Of a stretch of 64,000 nt of DNA, positions 38,211-50,800 are shown piece by piece. The DNA comes from Macrostomum lignano. Lineage: Eukaryota. The stretch lies in assembly GCA_002269645.1 (NCBI GenBank), contig NIVC01000103.1, positions 803,393 through 867,392 of the forward strand. The letters run 5' to 3'. Numbering within the stretch: position 1 is the stretch's first letter; the number at the start of each line of letters is the position of its first letter. The notes beneath the pieces are model-generated. The model was given only the letters and a program-made list of their open reading frames with translations. It ran no database searches and was not told where the DNA came from. The position numbers and the translations under genes were made by a program.

Positions 38211-38383
38211 GGGCCAGATGAAAGTGGAGAGGAGAGGGAATAGAAGATGACAGATGACAGACAAGCGAAGAGGGGAGAGAAGAGTTGAAAAGAGACAAGA
38301 GTATTGAGCAGGCCTGATAGTTAATGTATAAAGTTTCAAAGGATCCGAGGTCCGCATAGAGAGGCTTCGGGGGCCCCTGCTTT
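38211..38383 (-). mobile_element. Degraded copy of the GA-rich hAT-derived family
   Basis: GGGCCAGAT..., TGAGCAGGCC...AAAGTTTCAAAGGATCCGAGGTC...AGAGAGGCTT...CCCCTG matches 44426-44812. Confidence 0.6.
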
Positions 38384-38894
38384 ACAGGCAAGTCATTTGA
38401 TTTCAAACTCACTTCACTGTCTGCAGCAGAGGTCGACTCATCTCGAGACATTACGACAGGCTTATCCGTTTATTTTCCGGGCATAAACTCTGCAGATTTC
38501 ACAGCGGGGCAGCAGCCGGACCGGAGTCTTCTCTGAATCAGGCTTATACTATTTGTAGCTTTGTCTGAAGAGCCTCCATGAGAGGTGCGCTAAGAGAGCT
38601 GCCTGTGTCTAATTGGTCAAAAACGAGTAAAATGTTCAACACGTAATTTTCTGTATCTATCGCTCCTCGCTACTGCAAGTAGACAACTATGCCTTTCTTA
38701 ATTTAAATAACAATTATATATACTCGTAGCGTATAGCTCGAATCATAAACGTCTTCAAAGTCTGACCAGACTGCAGTCCACAAAAATCTCACGATACAAC
38801 TTTTTAGAATTTAATTGTCCTTGAACTTGATGTTGGATGGAGTAGAATCCCGGCTCAAGTTCTCATGGCATCATCTTGAAACCATAAAAGTTTG

Positions 38895-39400
38895 AGGTGA
38901 TGGAGAGCATGACTCAACCATCTCAGTTTAGGGGTGATGGAGAGCATGACTCAACCATCTCAGTTTAGGGGTGATGGAGAGCATGACTCAACCATCTCAG
39001 TTTAGGGGTGATGGAGAGCATGACTCAACCATCTCAGTTTAGGGGTGATGGAGAGCATGACTCAACCATCTCAGTTTAGGGGTGATGGAGAGCATGACTC
39101 AATCATCTCAGTTTAGGGGTGATGGAGAGCATGACTCAATCATCTCAGTTTAGGGGTGATGGAGAGCATTACTCAATCATCTCAGATTTATGGTGATAGA
39201 GCATGACTCAATCATCTTTCAGTTTAGGGGTGATGGAGAGCATGACTCAATCATCTCAGATTTATGGTGATAGAGCATGACTCAATCATCTTTCAGTTTA
39301 GGGGTGATGGAGAGCATGACTCAATCATCTCAGATTTATGATGATGGAGAGCACGACTCAATCATCTCAGATTTATGGTGATGGAGAGCACGACTCAATC
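38895..39400. repeat. 37-bp minisatellite (GGGGTGATGGAGAGCATGACTCAACCATCTCAGTTTA)
   Basis: Direct observation. Confidence 0.94.
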
Positions 39401-39404
39401 ATCT

Positions 39405-39610
39405 CCGAGAGTAGATCGGGGGTTCGATTCTCGACCCAACTCGGAACAATTTGTGTCGTTGAGCAAGACACTTAACTCTGCATTGCTTCAGTTCACCGAG
39501 CAGTAAATGGGTGCCAGCATTAGCTGGGGTAATTGAGGCTGTGTGTGGCGACCCCTCAGTCCTTGGACTGAACAGCCGTACGCAGCCATCAGATGCGCTG
39601 CGCAATAGCG
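39405..39610 (+). mobile_element. tRNA-derived SINE (copy 2, 5'-truncated)
   Basis: B box plus a body nearly identical to 33710-33900. Confidence 0.85.
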
Positions 39611-40359
39611 TCTTCAATTATTAAACACAGCTCTGCACCAAGAGCTAAAAGCAACATCGCTTAGCAATTGAGACTAATATTTAACGGTAATGGATAGACA
39701 ATAGATTATACAAAATTGAATCTTTCTGAGAGAGAGAGGAGAAAGAAAAAGTGAAAAGGGAAGAAGGCGACCCGAGTTTTTGTCAATGCAACACTGCATT
39801 CCGACGGCTCCCGTGCATTTCCAACAGAGCTCAGAAGTGTGAAATCACTGAGGTTCACGGGATCACTCAACACTCAAGACTCTATGAAAAATATGTGTCT
39901 GCAAAGATGTTTTTAACTTTCAATTGAAAATCAAATTGAAGATTATTCATAATTGATTACTGCATATATTTTTATTATTTTCAACACTATCACAGGCGCA
40001 AAAAAATAATTTGAAAGGAAAAAGGAGGCAATTATAAAATATGGTTGTTACATAATAGTGAGACAAAAATTACGCATCTCTTTTAATAAACTCAAAACTC
40101 ATGTGCGATTTAAAAAATCGAAAATTCTAAGAAAGAGAGATTAAAATCTCGGGCTCTTGACAACTAACCATCAAAAAACGACTATTCGAAACCGTTTAAC
40201 AATACAAGTTTAAACATAACGGTTCACAGAATACATATATTGTAGCTGCCAAGCAGGAGAGCGGAATAATAATTTTTAATATTTTAAATTAAAATAATTT
40301 TACTGTGTAGAAATTATGATATAGGATATATGAACCTGAATACATCACATCAGTGGCAA

Positions 40360-41875
40360 GGACACTTCAGTGCAAAGACACTTCATTAAAAACACTTTGG
40401 TGCAAAGACACTTCATTAAGGACACTTTGGTGCAAAGACACTTCATTAAGGACACTTTGGTGCAAAGACACTTCATTAAGGACACTTTGGTGCAAAGACA
40501 CTTCATTAAGGACACTTTGGTGCAAAGACACTTCATTAAGGACACTTTGGTGCAAAGACACTTCATTAAGGACACTTTGGTGCAAAGACACTTCATTAAG
40601 GACACTTTGGTGCAAAGACACTTCATTAAGGACACTTTGGTGCAAAGACACTTCATTAAGGACACTTTGGTGCAAAGACACTTCATTAAGGACACTTTGG
40701 TGCAAAGACACTTCATTAAGGACACTTTGGTGCAAAGACACTTCATTAAGGACACTTTGGTGCAAAGACACTTCATTAAGGACACTTTGGTGCAAAGACA
40801 CTTCATTAAGGACACTTTGGTGCAAAGACACTTCATTAAGGACACTTTGGTGCAAAGACACTTCATTAAGGACACTTTGGTGCAAAGACACTTCATTAAG
40901 GACACTTTGGTGCAAAGACACTTCATTAAGGACACTTTGGTGCAAAGACACTTCATTAAGGACACTTTGGTGCAAAGACACTTCATTAAGGACACTTTGG
41001 TGCAAAGACACTTCATTAAGGACACTTTGGTGCAAAGACACTTCATTAAGGACACTTTGGTGCAAAGACACTTCATTAAGGACACTTTGGTGCAAAGACA
41101 CTTCATTAAGGACACTTTGGTGCAAAGACACTTCATTAAGGACACTTTGGTGCAAAGACACTTCATTAAGGATACTTTAGTGCAAATACACTTCATTAAG
41201 GACACTTCAGTGCAAAGACACTTCATTAAAAACACTTTGGTGCAAATACACTTCATTAAGGACACTTCAGTGCAAAGACACTTCATTAAAAACACTTTGG
41301 TGCAAATACACTTCATTAAGGACACTTCAGTGCAAAGACACTTCATTAAAAACACTTTGGTGCAAATACACTTCATTAAGGACACTTTAGTGCAAAGACA
41401 CTTCATTAAGGACACTTCAGTGCAAAGACACTTCATTAAAAACACTTTGGTGCAAATACACTTCATTAAGGACACTTTAGTGCAAAGACACTTCATTAAA
41501 AACACTTTGGTGCAAATACACTTCATTAAGGACACTTCAGTGCAAAGACACTTCATTAAAAACACTTTGGTGCAAATACACTTCATTAAGGACACTTCAG
41601 TGCAAAGACACTTCATTAAGGACACTTCAGTGCAAATACACTTCATTAAGGACACTTTAGTGCAAATACACTTCATTAAGGACACTTTAGTGCAAAGACA
41701 CTTCATTAAGGACACTTTAGTGCAAAGACACTTCATTAAAGAAAATTCAGAGCAAAGACATGTCATTGAGGACACTTCAGTGCGAATACACGTCATTGGG
41801 GACACTTCAGTGCAAAGACACGTCATTGAGGACACTTCAGAGCAGAGGCAATTTATTGAGGACACTTCAGAGCAA
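40360..41875. repeat. 30-bp minisatellite (GACACTTTGGTGCAAAGACACTTCATTAAG), ~50 copies
   Basis: Homogeneous over 40400-41160 and increasingly variant toward the stop of kinase C. Confidence 0.98.
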
Positions 41876-41948
41876 AGGCAAAGACAAGCAAAGAATCTCC
41901 AGCGAGAGAGAGAGAGAGTCTCCAAAGAATCACATCCTAGTCATAGAT

Positions 41949-44900
41949 CTAGTCCAGCTTAGGCTGCTTAATAAAATGTCCGTCATCAAGAGACAGATTC
42001 ATCAGGCCTCGTTTGTCCAACTTTTTACTGGCCAAGAATTGGTGCTTCATCAGCTCATCCGCTGGCTTGCGCTCGATGCGATTTCTAGCGGTGCACTGGC
42101 TGTAGAAATCCTTCAGCTCAACAGAGCCGCCGTCACGAATAGCGGGGGCTCCGCTTCTTTCGACTCGCACAGCAACTTGAAAGATTGTTGGAACGTCAGC
42201 GAAGGGTCGAGAGCCGGTGGCCATCTGGAAGACCGAGCAGCCGAACGCCCAGATGTCCGACTCTCTGCTGTACTGCGGTCTGTCAGCCTCACCAGCTCCA
42301 AGCAGCTCTGGTGCCATGAAGTTCAAAGTGCCTTCAGGTTTTTGAGTTGTGGCCGAGATGTGGCTGACCGACTGCTCCAGCTTGATTGACAGGCCGAAGT
42401 CGATCAGCTTGATGCGCGTGTTGTCGGCGAGGACAATGATGTTGGAGCAGTTGATGTCTCTGTGGATCACGGGCGGCCGCCGGCTGTGCAGGTAGAGCAG
42501 CGCGCTGCAGATCTGCAAGCGGTCGGTCGACAGTTTTGAATATAAAAAAGTCAACTCAATCCAGGCTTAAAATCCAGAAATTCTCACCTGCTTGCTGAAG
42601 GAACGAACGGCTGCCTCATCCAGCGGCTTGTTGTCGATAAACCTCTCCAAGCTTCGCCCGTCCAGCAGCTCCATGAACACAACGACTGTGGCGGGCTCCG
42701 GCTGAGCCATGTGCAAGAACCTGACGATGTTGGGATGCCGCAGTCGGCACAGGTTTCTCTCGCTCTCAATAGCGCCTTCGATTTTCTTTCTAATAGAATC
42801 CAGCTGGTCCCCGAGGTGCACAGGCAGTTTGAGAGTCTTGGCGGCGCACCTGATGCCCGTATCTGTCAGAACTTCGTGGACTTCGCCGAAACCTCCCCGA
42901 CCAATAAGTCGACCGGTTTCCCAGTCCTCTAAGAATGGCGGATGGTCGTCCTCTCTGAAAGTCCGCAGTTAAAATGGCGAATTCCTGCATAGTTATACTT
43001 AAAAGTCGTCAAAGAGTCGCCCAAGAACCACTTTGAAGCGTTTTATTGCCTGCGACTTTGAAGCGACTCTGGGGTCGTAAAGTGGTAAGGCGTGCTGTAG
43101 AGTCACTGAGTTGTGTTTGAAGCGCATTTGCGTCGCTTGATGAATCAGAGTCGCATCTCAAGCGAAAGTTAAGCGCCAACACAACGATTCTTGGACGACT
43201 CTTTCACGACTCTTTTACGATTCTACAACTGACGTGACGCGCTTGTGACGCAACCTTTGAGTCGCTAAAAAGTCACAGGAGTTGCTCAAGAGTCGCTAGA
43301 GTCACTAGAGAGTTGTTTGGAATGACTCTTTTACGATTCTACAACTGACGTGACGCGCTTGTGACGCAACGTTTGAGTCGCTAAAAAGTCACAGGAGTTG
43401 CTCAAGGGTCGCTAGAGTCACTAGAGAGTTGTTTGGAATGACTCTTTTACGATTCTACAACTGACGTGACGCGCTTGTGACGCAACGTTTGAGTCGCTAA
43501 AAAGTCACAGGAGTTGCTCAAGGGTCGCTAGAGTCACTAGAGAGTTGTTTGGAATGACTCTTTTACGATTCTACAACTGACGTGACGCGCTTGTGACGCA
43601 ACGTTTGAGTCGCTAAAAAGTCACAGGAGTTGCTCAAGGGTCGCTAGAGTCACTAGAGAGTTGTTTGGAATGACTCTTTAGCAATTCTTGCCATAGAAAA
43701 TTTTTTAATGGCATGCTCTACGAAAAATCCGTAGCAAGGAATGCCCACGGACTCTCCGGTGTAGAATGTGGAGCACTTCAACTGTGAATGCCCCGCCTTT
43801 ACTCAGTACATTTTCAGGCCCCCGAGAATCTCTGCCAGCTTGTCCGCTACCTAAGGGCTACCGGGCGAGCGACCATCCACCTTTCTGGACTCTCCGGAGG
43901 GGGACCTCACTGCGGACACCGGCACCACCGGATCTCCCGGCTTCGACCCCTTAGGGTATGCGCATATTTTTGGCTTTAATAGTCAGATTGACTTACGGCA
44001 GTTCAAGGGGCTCATCAAAGTAGACTTTGGTTTCGCACCTGAAACAATGATTAATAGATATAATAGAACGAAAGTATTAAGATTAATTATAATAGTAATA
44101 TTTTATTAAGAGTACACCTTGCCCTAATGAGCAGATTGGAAGGCTGCATACGGCTGTTCAGTCCAAGGACTGGTGGGTCGCCACACACAGCCTCAATTAT
44201 CCCAGCTAATGCTGGCACCCATTTTACAGCTGGGTGAACTGAAGCAATGCAGAGTTAAGTGTCTTGCTCAAGGACACAAAGTGTTCCGAGTGCGTCGAGA
44301 ATCGAACGCGGGACCTTTTAGTCGTAAGTGCGACGCTTAACCCGGTTGTCGGCAATTGTTTTACAGATGCATTACAGATCCATACTACTCAAAAACACCG
44401 ATTAATGTATCTGTTTTTTACTTCAAGGGCCAGATAAAAAGTTTTGTAATGAGATAAGATGAGAGGAGAGAGGAGATGAGATGAGAGGAGAGAGGAGATG
44501 AGACAAGAGAGGAGATGAGAGGAGATAGATGAGATGAGAGAAGAGAGGAGATAAGATGAGAGGAGAGAGATAAGATGAGAGGAGAGAGGAGATAAGATGA
44601 GAGGAGATAAGATAAGATGAAAGGAGAGAGATAAGATGAGAGGAGAGAGATAAGATGAGAGGAGAGAGATGAGATGAGAGGAGAGAACTTAGAATAGACA
44701 CAAACCTTGAGCAGGCCGCATTGCTATTGTAAAGTTTCAAAGGACCCGAAGGTCAGATAGAGAGGCTTTGCGGGCCGCTTGTGGCTCGCGGGCCGGAGGT
44801 TGCGGACCCCTGCTCTAAGCACTAAGGCTACAAGCCATACTACTCAAAAACACAGAGTAAATGCATCTGCAAGAAACCTCACCCACGCAGCAGCGCTTCC

Positions 44901-46860
44901 AGTTCAGCTTTGCCATTCTCCCTGGCCAGGTCTCGAGCCGTCCTGCCCAGCTGGTCCTCCAGGCTCCAGTCCGAGCCGGAGTCCAACAGAACCCGACAGA
45001 CAGCGGTGGCGGCAGACGGGGACGCTGAGATGGTGGCCCTCATCAACGGCGAGACTGATTGCTCATCCTTGGCATTGACGGAAGCTCCAGAGTGCAGCAG
45101 GGCGGAGGCTGCGACAGAGTTGCCGCTCCAGGCAGCGTGATGCAGGCAGCTCTCGGACCACATGTCAGCACAGGTGGGATCTGCCAGCTGCAGCAGCTGT
45201 TCCCACAAATATTCGTCACTGCAGTTGCTGTTGCCAGCTGCCCACATCAGCGCCGTGCGGCCGTATTTGTCCGGCAAGTCGTAGCCCTCTTGGGTGGCCA
45301 GTTGTCGCAAGCCGGCCGAGTTGCCAGACGTGGCCAGCTTCAGTTGCTTTCTATTGGCTTTTTCCTGCAAAAGCAGGAGGTAAATTATATGCAATTAACA
45401 ATTGAGCCTTGCAGTCATTGTTTTTATACTGATCCCACTGTGTTCCTCTTGTTTGAAGGGGCGAATCAGATTTTTTTCATTGGGGGAGGGGCGCCAGCAC
45501 CAGAGGCGCCAGCACCAGAGGCGCCAGCACCAGAGGCGCCAGCACCAGAGGCGCCAGCACCAGAGGCGCCAGCACCAGAGGCGCCAGCACCAGAGGCGCC
45601 AGCACCAGAGGCGCCAGCACCAGAGGCGCCAGCACCAGAGGCGCCAGCACCAGAGGCGCCAGCACCAGAGGCGCCAGCACCAGAGGCGCCAGCACCAGAG
45701 GCGCCAGCACCAGAGGCGCCAGCACCAGAGGCGCCAGCACCAGAGGCGCCAGCACCAGAGGCGCCAGCACCAGAGGCGCCAGCACCAGAGGCGCCAGCAC
45801 CAGAGGCGCCAGCACCAGAGGCGCCAGCACCAGAGGCGCCAGCACCAGAGGCGCCAGCACCAGAGGCGCCAGCACCAGAGGCGCCAGCACCAGAGGCGCC
45901 AGCACCAGAGGCGCCAGCAACAGAGGCGCCAGCACCAGAGGCGCCAGCACCAGAGGCGCCAGCACCAGAGGCGCCAGCACCAGAGGCGCCAGTACCAGAG
46001 GCGCCAGCACCAGAGGCGCCAGCACCAGAGGCGCCAGCACCAGAGGCGCCAGCACCAGAGGCGCCAGTACCAGAGGCGCCAGCACCAGAGGCGCCAGTAC
46101 CAGAGGCGCCAGCACCAGGGGCGCCAGCACTAGGGGCTTCACACTGTAGTCGCTGTACTCACCTGATCTGTCAGACCGGAGATGTAGCCTTCGTTAGTCA
46201 CGACCAGACGCATCTCCCTGCAACGCCAATTCACAGATAATGAGATGCACCCTAGATTCCTGTGCTTGAAAGTAAAAGTTTCAACTCTCACCGCTCAATA
46301 TCGCTAGCCAGCTCGGAGTGGTCACCGAGTCTCGCCAAATTCAACGCTGTCCGACCATCGACATCTTTGAGTCCGAGCAGGCGCTCTCTCTCAGAGTTTC
46401 CGTACTTCTCGCACTCGTTGAACTGCTTCTGCCTCAGCAGGTGCAGCAGGTGCTTGGCGCATCTCCAGCTGCCGGTCCGCGCCGCCTCCATCAGCGGAGT
46501 GGCGCCCCGCCGGTTCTGCAGCCACTTCGCATCGAACGACAGCAGCGTCAGCAGCCGCAGGTGGTCCCGACGGGCTGCCAGGTGCGCGGCTGTGTCGCCC
46601 GAGCCGTCAGTCGACTTTGGGTTGGCGCCCAGCTCGAACAAGTACATGACGCACTTCTCAGCCTGAATGGGCGTCTCCGGAGCGTCGGCAACCAGCATGA
46701 GAACGGTTCGGTGAGCGGCATCAGTATTGAAGGTCACCAGCTGGCGCGTTGCCAGCCGCCGCATCTGAGCAAAGTCGCCTCGAATGACGAGCTGGGAGAG
46801 ACGCAGGAGAGCAGTCTCAAACTCGATATGATCCAAGGCCAGTTGAAGAAGTGACTGCAT
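41949..46860 (-). CDS. ANK-ANK-kinase paralogue C (intact)
   Basis: Exons 46860-46292, 46217-46163, 45364-44883, 42954-42588 and 42512-41949 join in phase (2,0,2,0). Ankyrin motifs GDTAAHLAA, GATPLMEAA and GRTALMWAA. Kinase motifs IGRGGFGEV, HRDINCSN, DFG and FMAPE. Confidence 0.9.
43210..43680. repeat. 116-bp tandem repeat, ~4 copies
   Basis: TTCTACAACTGACGTGACGCG starts at 43221, 43337, 43453 and 43569. Confidence 0.95.
44125..44350 (-). mobile_element. tRNA-derived SINE (copy 3)
   Basis: Reverse complement of the same body and B-box region. Confidence 0.85.
44426..44812 (-). mobile_element. hAT-derived element end with internal GA-rich expansion
   Basis: Minus-strand terminus CAGGGGTCCGCAACCTCCGGCCCGCG, with GA-rich repeat at 44450-44690. 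Confidence 0.7.
45490..46135. repeat. 15-bp minisatellite (GCACCAGAGGCGCCA) in intron 2 of paralogue C
   Basis: Direct observation. Confidence 0.97.
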
Positions 46861-47039
46861 CTTTTATATGCTTCTACTGTTGGCTCAGAACGGTCTTCGC
46901 ATGAAACAAAATCGTTCGGAACAAGTTGAAGAAGTCCTTGACTGCGGTAACTAATTTTCCAACCATGTAAATAAAAGCTGGCAATCATTTTAGGACGTTT
47001 TGGTGGCCCTCAATTGGGCCGTTTTAGCTTTAGTTTTCC

Positions 47040-47390
47040 TACCCCCCAGAATCTGACGAATCTCACCCCCAGAATCTGACGAATCTCACCCCTTAGAGTC
47101 TGACGATTCTTACCCCCAGAATCTCACGATTCTTACCCCCAGAATCTCACGATTCTAACCCCCAGAATCTCACGATTCTTACCCCCAGAATCTCACGATT
47201 CTTACCCCCCAGAATCTCACGATTCTTACCCCCTTCCCCAGAATCTCACGATTCTTACCCCCCAGAATCTCACGATTCTTACCCCCAGAATCTCACGATT
47301 CTTACCCCCCAGAATCTCACGATTCTTACCCCCAGAATCTCACGATTCTTACCCCCAGAATCTCACGATTCTTACCCCCCAGAATCTGTC
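47040..47390. repeat. 23-24-bp repeat (CCCAGAATCTCACGATTCTTAC[C]) between RHD gene 3 and kinase C
   Basis: Direct observation. Confidence 0.92.
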
Positions 47391-47872
47391 CTTCACAACC
47401 ACAGGAGCCGAGAAGGCTGAAGATGTGAGACAGCCCCGCTTTACACCCCCTGTCATTGGCCTCAGATTGTTGCCTAAATATTAGCGGCCTTTCCAATCCA
47501 GCTAGCAAAAAAGACACAAAGACAAGCATTTTTTGAATAGTATAAAATAGTAATGAATCATAAATTTATATTGTAAGTAAAAGCTACACAAAAAAATCTT
47601 GAACAGCTCATTTACTGCTCAGCAATTCGCTGAAAAATGTACTTTGTAAGATTCTTAGAAAAAAAGGGAAGCCGGAACCGTCTGCAGGTTGGCACCCGGT
47701 CGCAGGTGTATAAAAAATGGCTAAGAATTGAGCCTCAAAAATCAAAATCAACCAACATTATAGCCGATATATAAAAAATGATCAAATTATTGAATAAAAT
47801 CAATAATTCTGGAATTGAATATTGGCGCCTAGAATATCATCAGAGTCAAAGAGTGTAACTGGGGCTTTCTGC

Positions 47873-50800
47873 CTACTGCCGCTGTTGAACAGGCGGCAAG
47901 TCGTTGATCTCCGAGATCTCCTCCATGAATTTGGAAATTTCCATCATATCCAAATCAGGCAGGTCCAGGTCGTCTGAGGGAATGAGAAAAAAGCGTAGAA
48001 AAAAACTATAAATTCATTTTTGTTTATACTACTTATAACTGCTGTTGAATTAGTAGTATAAACCATAGCAAAAATGTGCAGATTTTTGCAAAAAAATAAT
48101 GAAAATAAATACCCGGGATTGGCGACTCTTCCTCCCGCTCAGGATGCTGCGGCGGAAGCTGAGACACCGCACCGAATGCACCGTCAAGTAGGCCGCTGCT
48201 GCACTGCGGACAGGCAAGCCGATTAAAGAAGACATCGGCCGCCAGCTCGTTGTTGCCGCTGGTGTCGGCGAAACGAAGCTCGCACTGGATTCGTTCGGCC
48301 TCGGCCAGCGCCACGGCTGGCGGCAACTGCAGCTGCAGCTCCAGCAGATTCTTCGGGCGGGCAGCCGAGGGTTTATGAAGAGCTGGGAGGCTGTGTGTGG
48401 CTCAGCAACTGAGGATCTGGGAGGCCGTGTGTGGCCCAGCAACTGAGGATCTGGGAGACTGTGGCCCAACAACTGAGGAGCTGGGAGGCTGGCCCAGCAA
48501 CTGAGGATCTGGGAGGCTGGCCCAACAACTGAGGAGCTGGGAGGCTGGCCCAGTAAGTGGGATCTGGGAGGCTGGCTCAGCAACTGAGGAGCTGGTAGGC
48601 TGTGGCCCAGTAACTGAGGATCTGGGAGGCTGGCTCAGCAACTGAGGATCTGGGAGACTGTGGCCCAGCAACTGAGGATCTGGGAGGCTGGCCCAACAAC
48701 TGAGGAGCTGGGAGGCTGGCCCAGCAAGTGGGATATGGGAGGCTGGCTCAGCAACTGAGGAGCTGGTAGGCTGGCCCAACAACTGAGGAGCTGGGAGGCT
48801 GGCTGAGCAACTGAGGATCTGGGAAGCTGGCCCAGCAACTGAGGATCTGGGAGGCTGGCCCAACAACTGAGGATCTGGGAGGCTGTGGCCCAGCAACTGA
48901 GGATCTGGGAGGCTGTGGCCCAGCAACTGAGGATCTGGGAGGCTGGCTCAGCAAGTGAGGATCTGGGAGGCTGGTGGCCCAGTAACTGAGGATCTGGAAG
49001 GCTGGCTCAGCAACTGAGGATCTGGGAGACTGTGGCCCAGCAACTGAGGATCTGGGAGGCTGGCCCAACAACTGAGGAGCTGGGAGGCTGGCCCAACAAC
49101 TGAGGAGCTGGGAGGCTGGCCCAGCAAGTGGGATCTGGGAGGCTGGCTCAGCAAGTGGGATCTGGGAGGCTGGCCCAGCAACTGAGGAGCTGGGAGGCTG
49201 GCTCAGCAACTGAGGATCTGGGAGGCTGGCTCAGCAACTGAGGATCTGGGAGGCTGGCCCAACAACTGAGGATCTGGGAGGCTGGCCCAACAACTGAGAA
49301 TCTGGGAGGCTGGCTGAGCAACTGAGGATCTGGGAAGCTGGCCCAACAACTGAGGATCTGGGAGGCTGGCCTAACAACTGAGGATCTGGGAGGCTGGCCC
49401 AACAACTGAGGATCTGGGAGGCTGGCCCAACAACTGAGGATCTGGGATGCTGGCTCAGCAACTGAGGATCTGGGAGGCTGGCCCAGCAACTGAGGATCTG
49501 GGAGGCTGGCTGAGCAACTGAGGATCTGGGAAGCTGGCCCAGCAACTGAGGATCTGGGAGGCTGGCCCAACAACTGAGGATCTGGGAGGCTGGCTCAGCA
49601 AGTGAGGATCTGGGAGGCTGGTGGCCCAGCAACTGAGGATCTGGGAGGCTGGTGGCCCAACAACTGAGAATCTGGGAGGCTGTGGCCCAGCAACTGAGGA
49701 TCTGGGAGGCTGGCTGAGCAACTGAGGATCTGGGAGGCTGTGGCCCAGCAACTGAGGATCTGGGAGGCTGGCTGAGCAACTGAGGATCTGGGAGGCTGGC
49801 TCAGCAACTGAGGATCTGGGAGGCTGGCCCAGCAACTGAGGATCTGGGAGGCTGGCCTAGCAACTGGGGGTCTGGGAGGCTGGCCCAGCAACTGAGGATC
49901 TGGGAGGCTGGCCCAGCAACTGAGGATCTGGGAGGCTGGCCCAGCAACTGAGGATCTGAGAGGCTGTGGCCCAGCAACTAAGGAGCTGGGAAGGGTGGCT
50001 CAGCAATGGAGGATTCGGTTTTAAAGGCTCAGATGACGCAGAGCAGCAGGAGAAGCACACAGAGAACAAGGGACTTACAGCCCTGACAGCTTTGTGCTGA
50101 ACATCAGCAATTGGCTCCTCCTGATGCGGGCTTGCCAGCCACATGTTATAATTGCCAGAACCTGGAAATTGTTACATTTGCAGAGTTGATTTTTTACGAT
50201 TTCAAAAATATAACAACAATGCTCGATAAGCCTACTGTAAGTAGACAGACAGCACATAAATTACTTACGCGCCAAGCCTTCAATATGCAGCCAAGCTTTT
50301 TGCTGAGTTGGCACCATCGGCAGACAGTCGGGCATCATTAGCGACTTCGGTGTAATTCGCACCGCCCTGTGCTGTCCTGAGTAGTATAGATAGCAAATTC
50401 GTTTAAAACTGTGTCGGAATTACAATAAAACGGCTAAGTTAAAAAACATTCAGCGCAACCCACTGTAGATGGCTTCAGTAACGATTCGAATGCAGTTGCC
50501 AGTTGGCTCGTGTGGAACACGAAGGCCAGGTGCACGCTCTCCAGCAATGATATATGGCGCGTGTACACGTCGTGAGCAGTTTGGGTGAATTCTGCCGATA
50601 TGTATCGAAAGTATAAATTGTAGAGCAATAATTACTACAATATAGGAAAGAAAGTTGCTGCAATTTGAGGGACTCACGGTGGAGAAACGGCACCTCGCCA
50701 GTTTGCAGGCGGTTGGCGATGGCCTGGCGCAGGGCCTCGTGATTTCGTTTGACGCAGAAAATTGCGATGTCGCTCAGCCTGCGCGATAAAAAATGGATTA

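Larger units (their letters stand above)
35053..38451 (-). pseudogene. ANK-ANK-kinase paralogue B with a premature stop
   Basis: Exons 38451-38413, 38134-37563, 37490-37436 (GC donor), 37361-36874, 36213-35844 and 35604-35053 all join in phase. In-frame TAG at 37894-37892. Kinase motifs IGRGGFGEVY, HRDINCSN, DFG and FMAPE are intact. Confidence 0.85.

Noticed and set aside
40345-41962. ORFs of 264-530 aa on both strands
   Set aside because: Artefacts of a 30-bp stop-poor minisatellite; no unique domain.
45059-46240. (APEAP)n 393-aa ORF
   Set aside because: A 15-bp repeat lying antisense within intron 2 of kinase C.
46860-48113. Direct in-frame splice of RHD3 exon 6 onto the ANK exon to make a p105-like fusion
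   Set aside because: The exon 6 donor is phase 1, while the evident acceptors near 46860 (AAAAG|ATG, TGCAG|TCA) are phase 0, and RHD3 has its own terminal exon. Kept only as a linkage hypothesis.
48402-49891. Overlapping QPPRSSV / ASQILSC ORFs
   Set aside because: 28-bp minisatellite in intron 5 of RHD gene 3.
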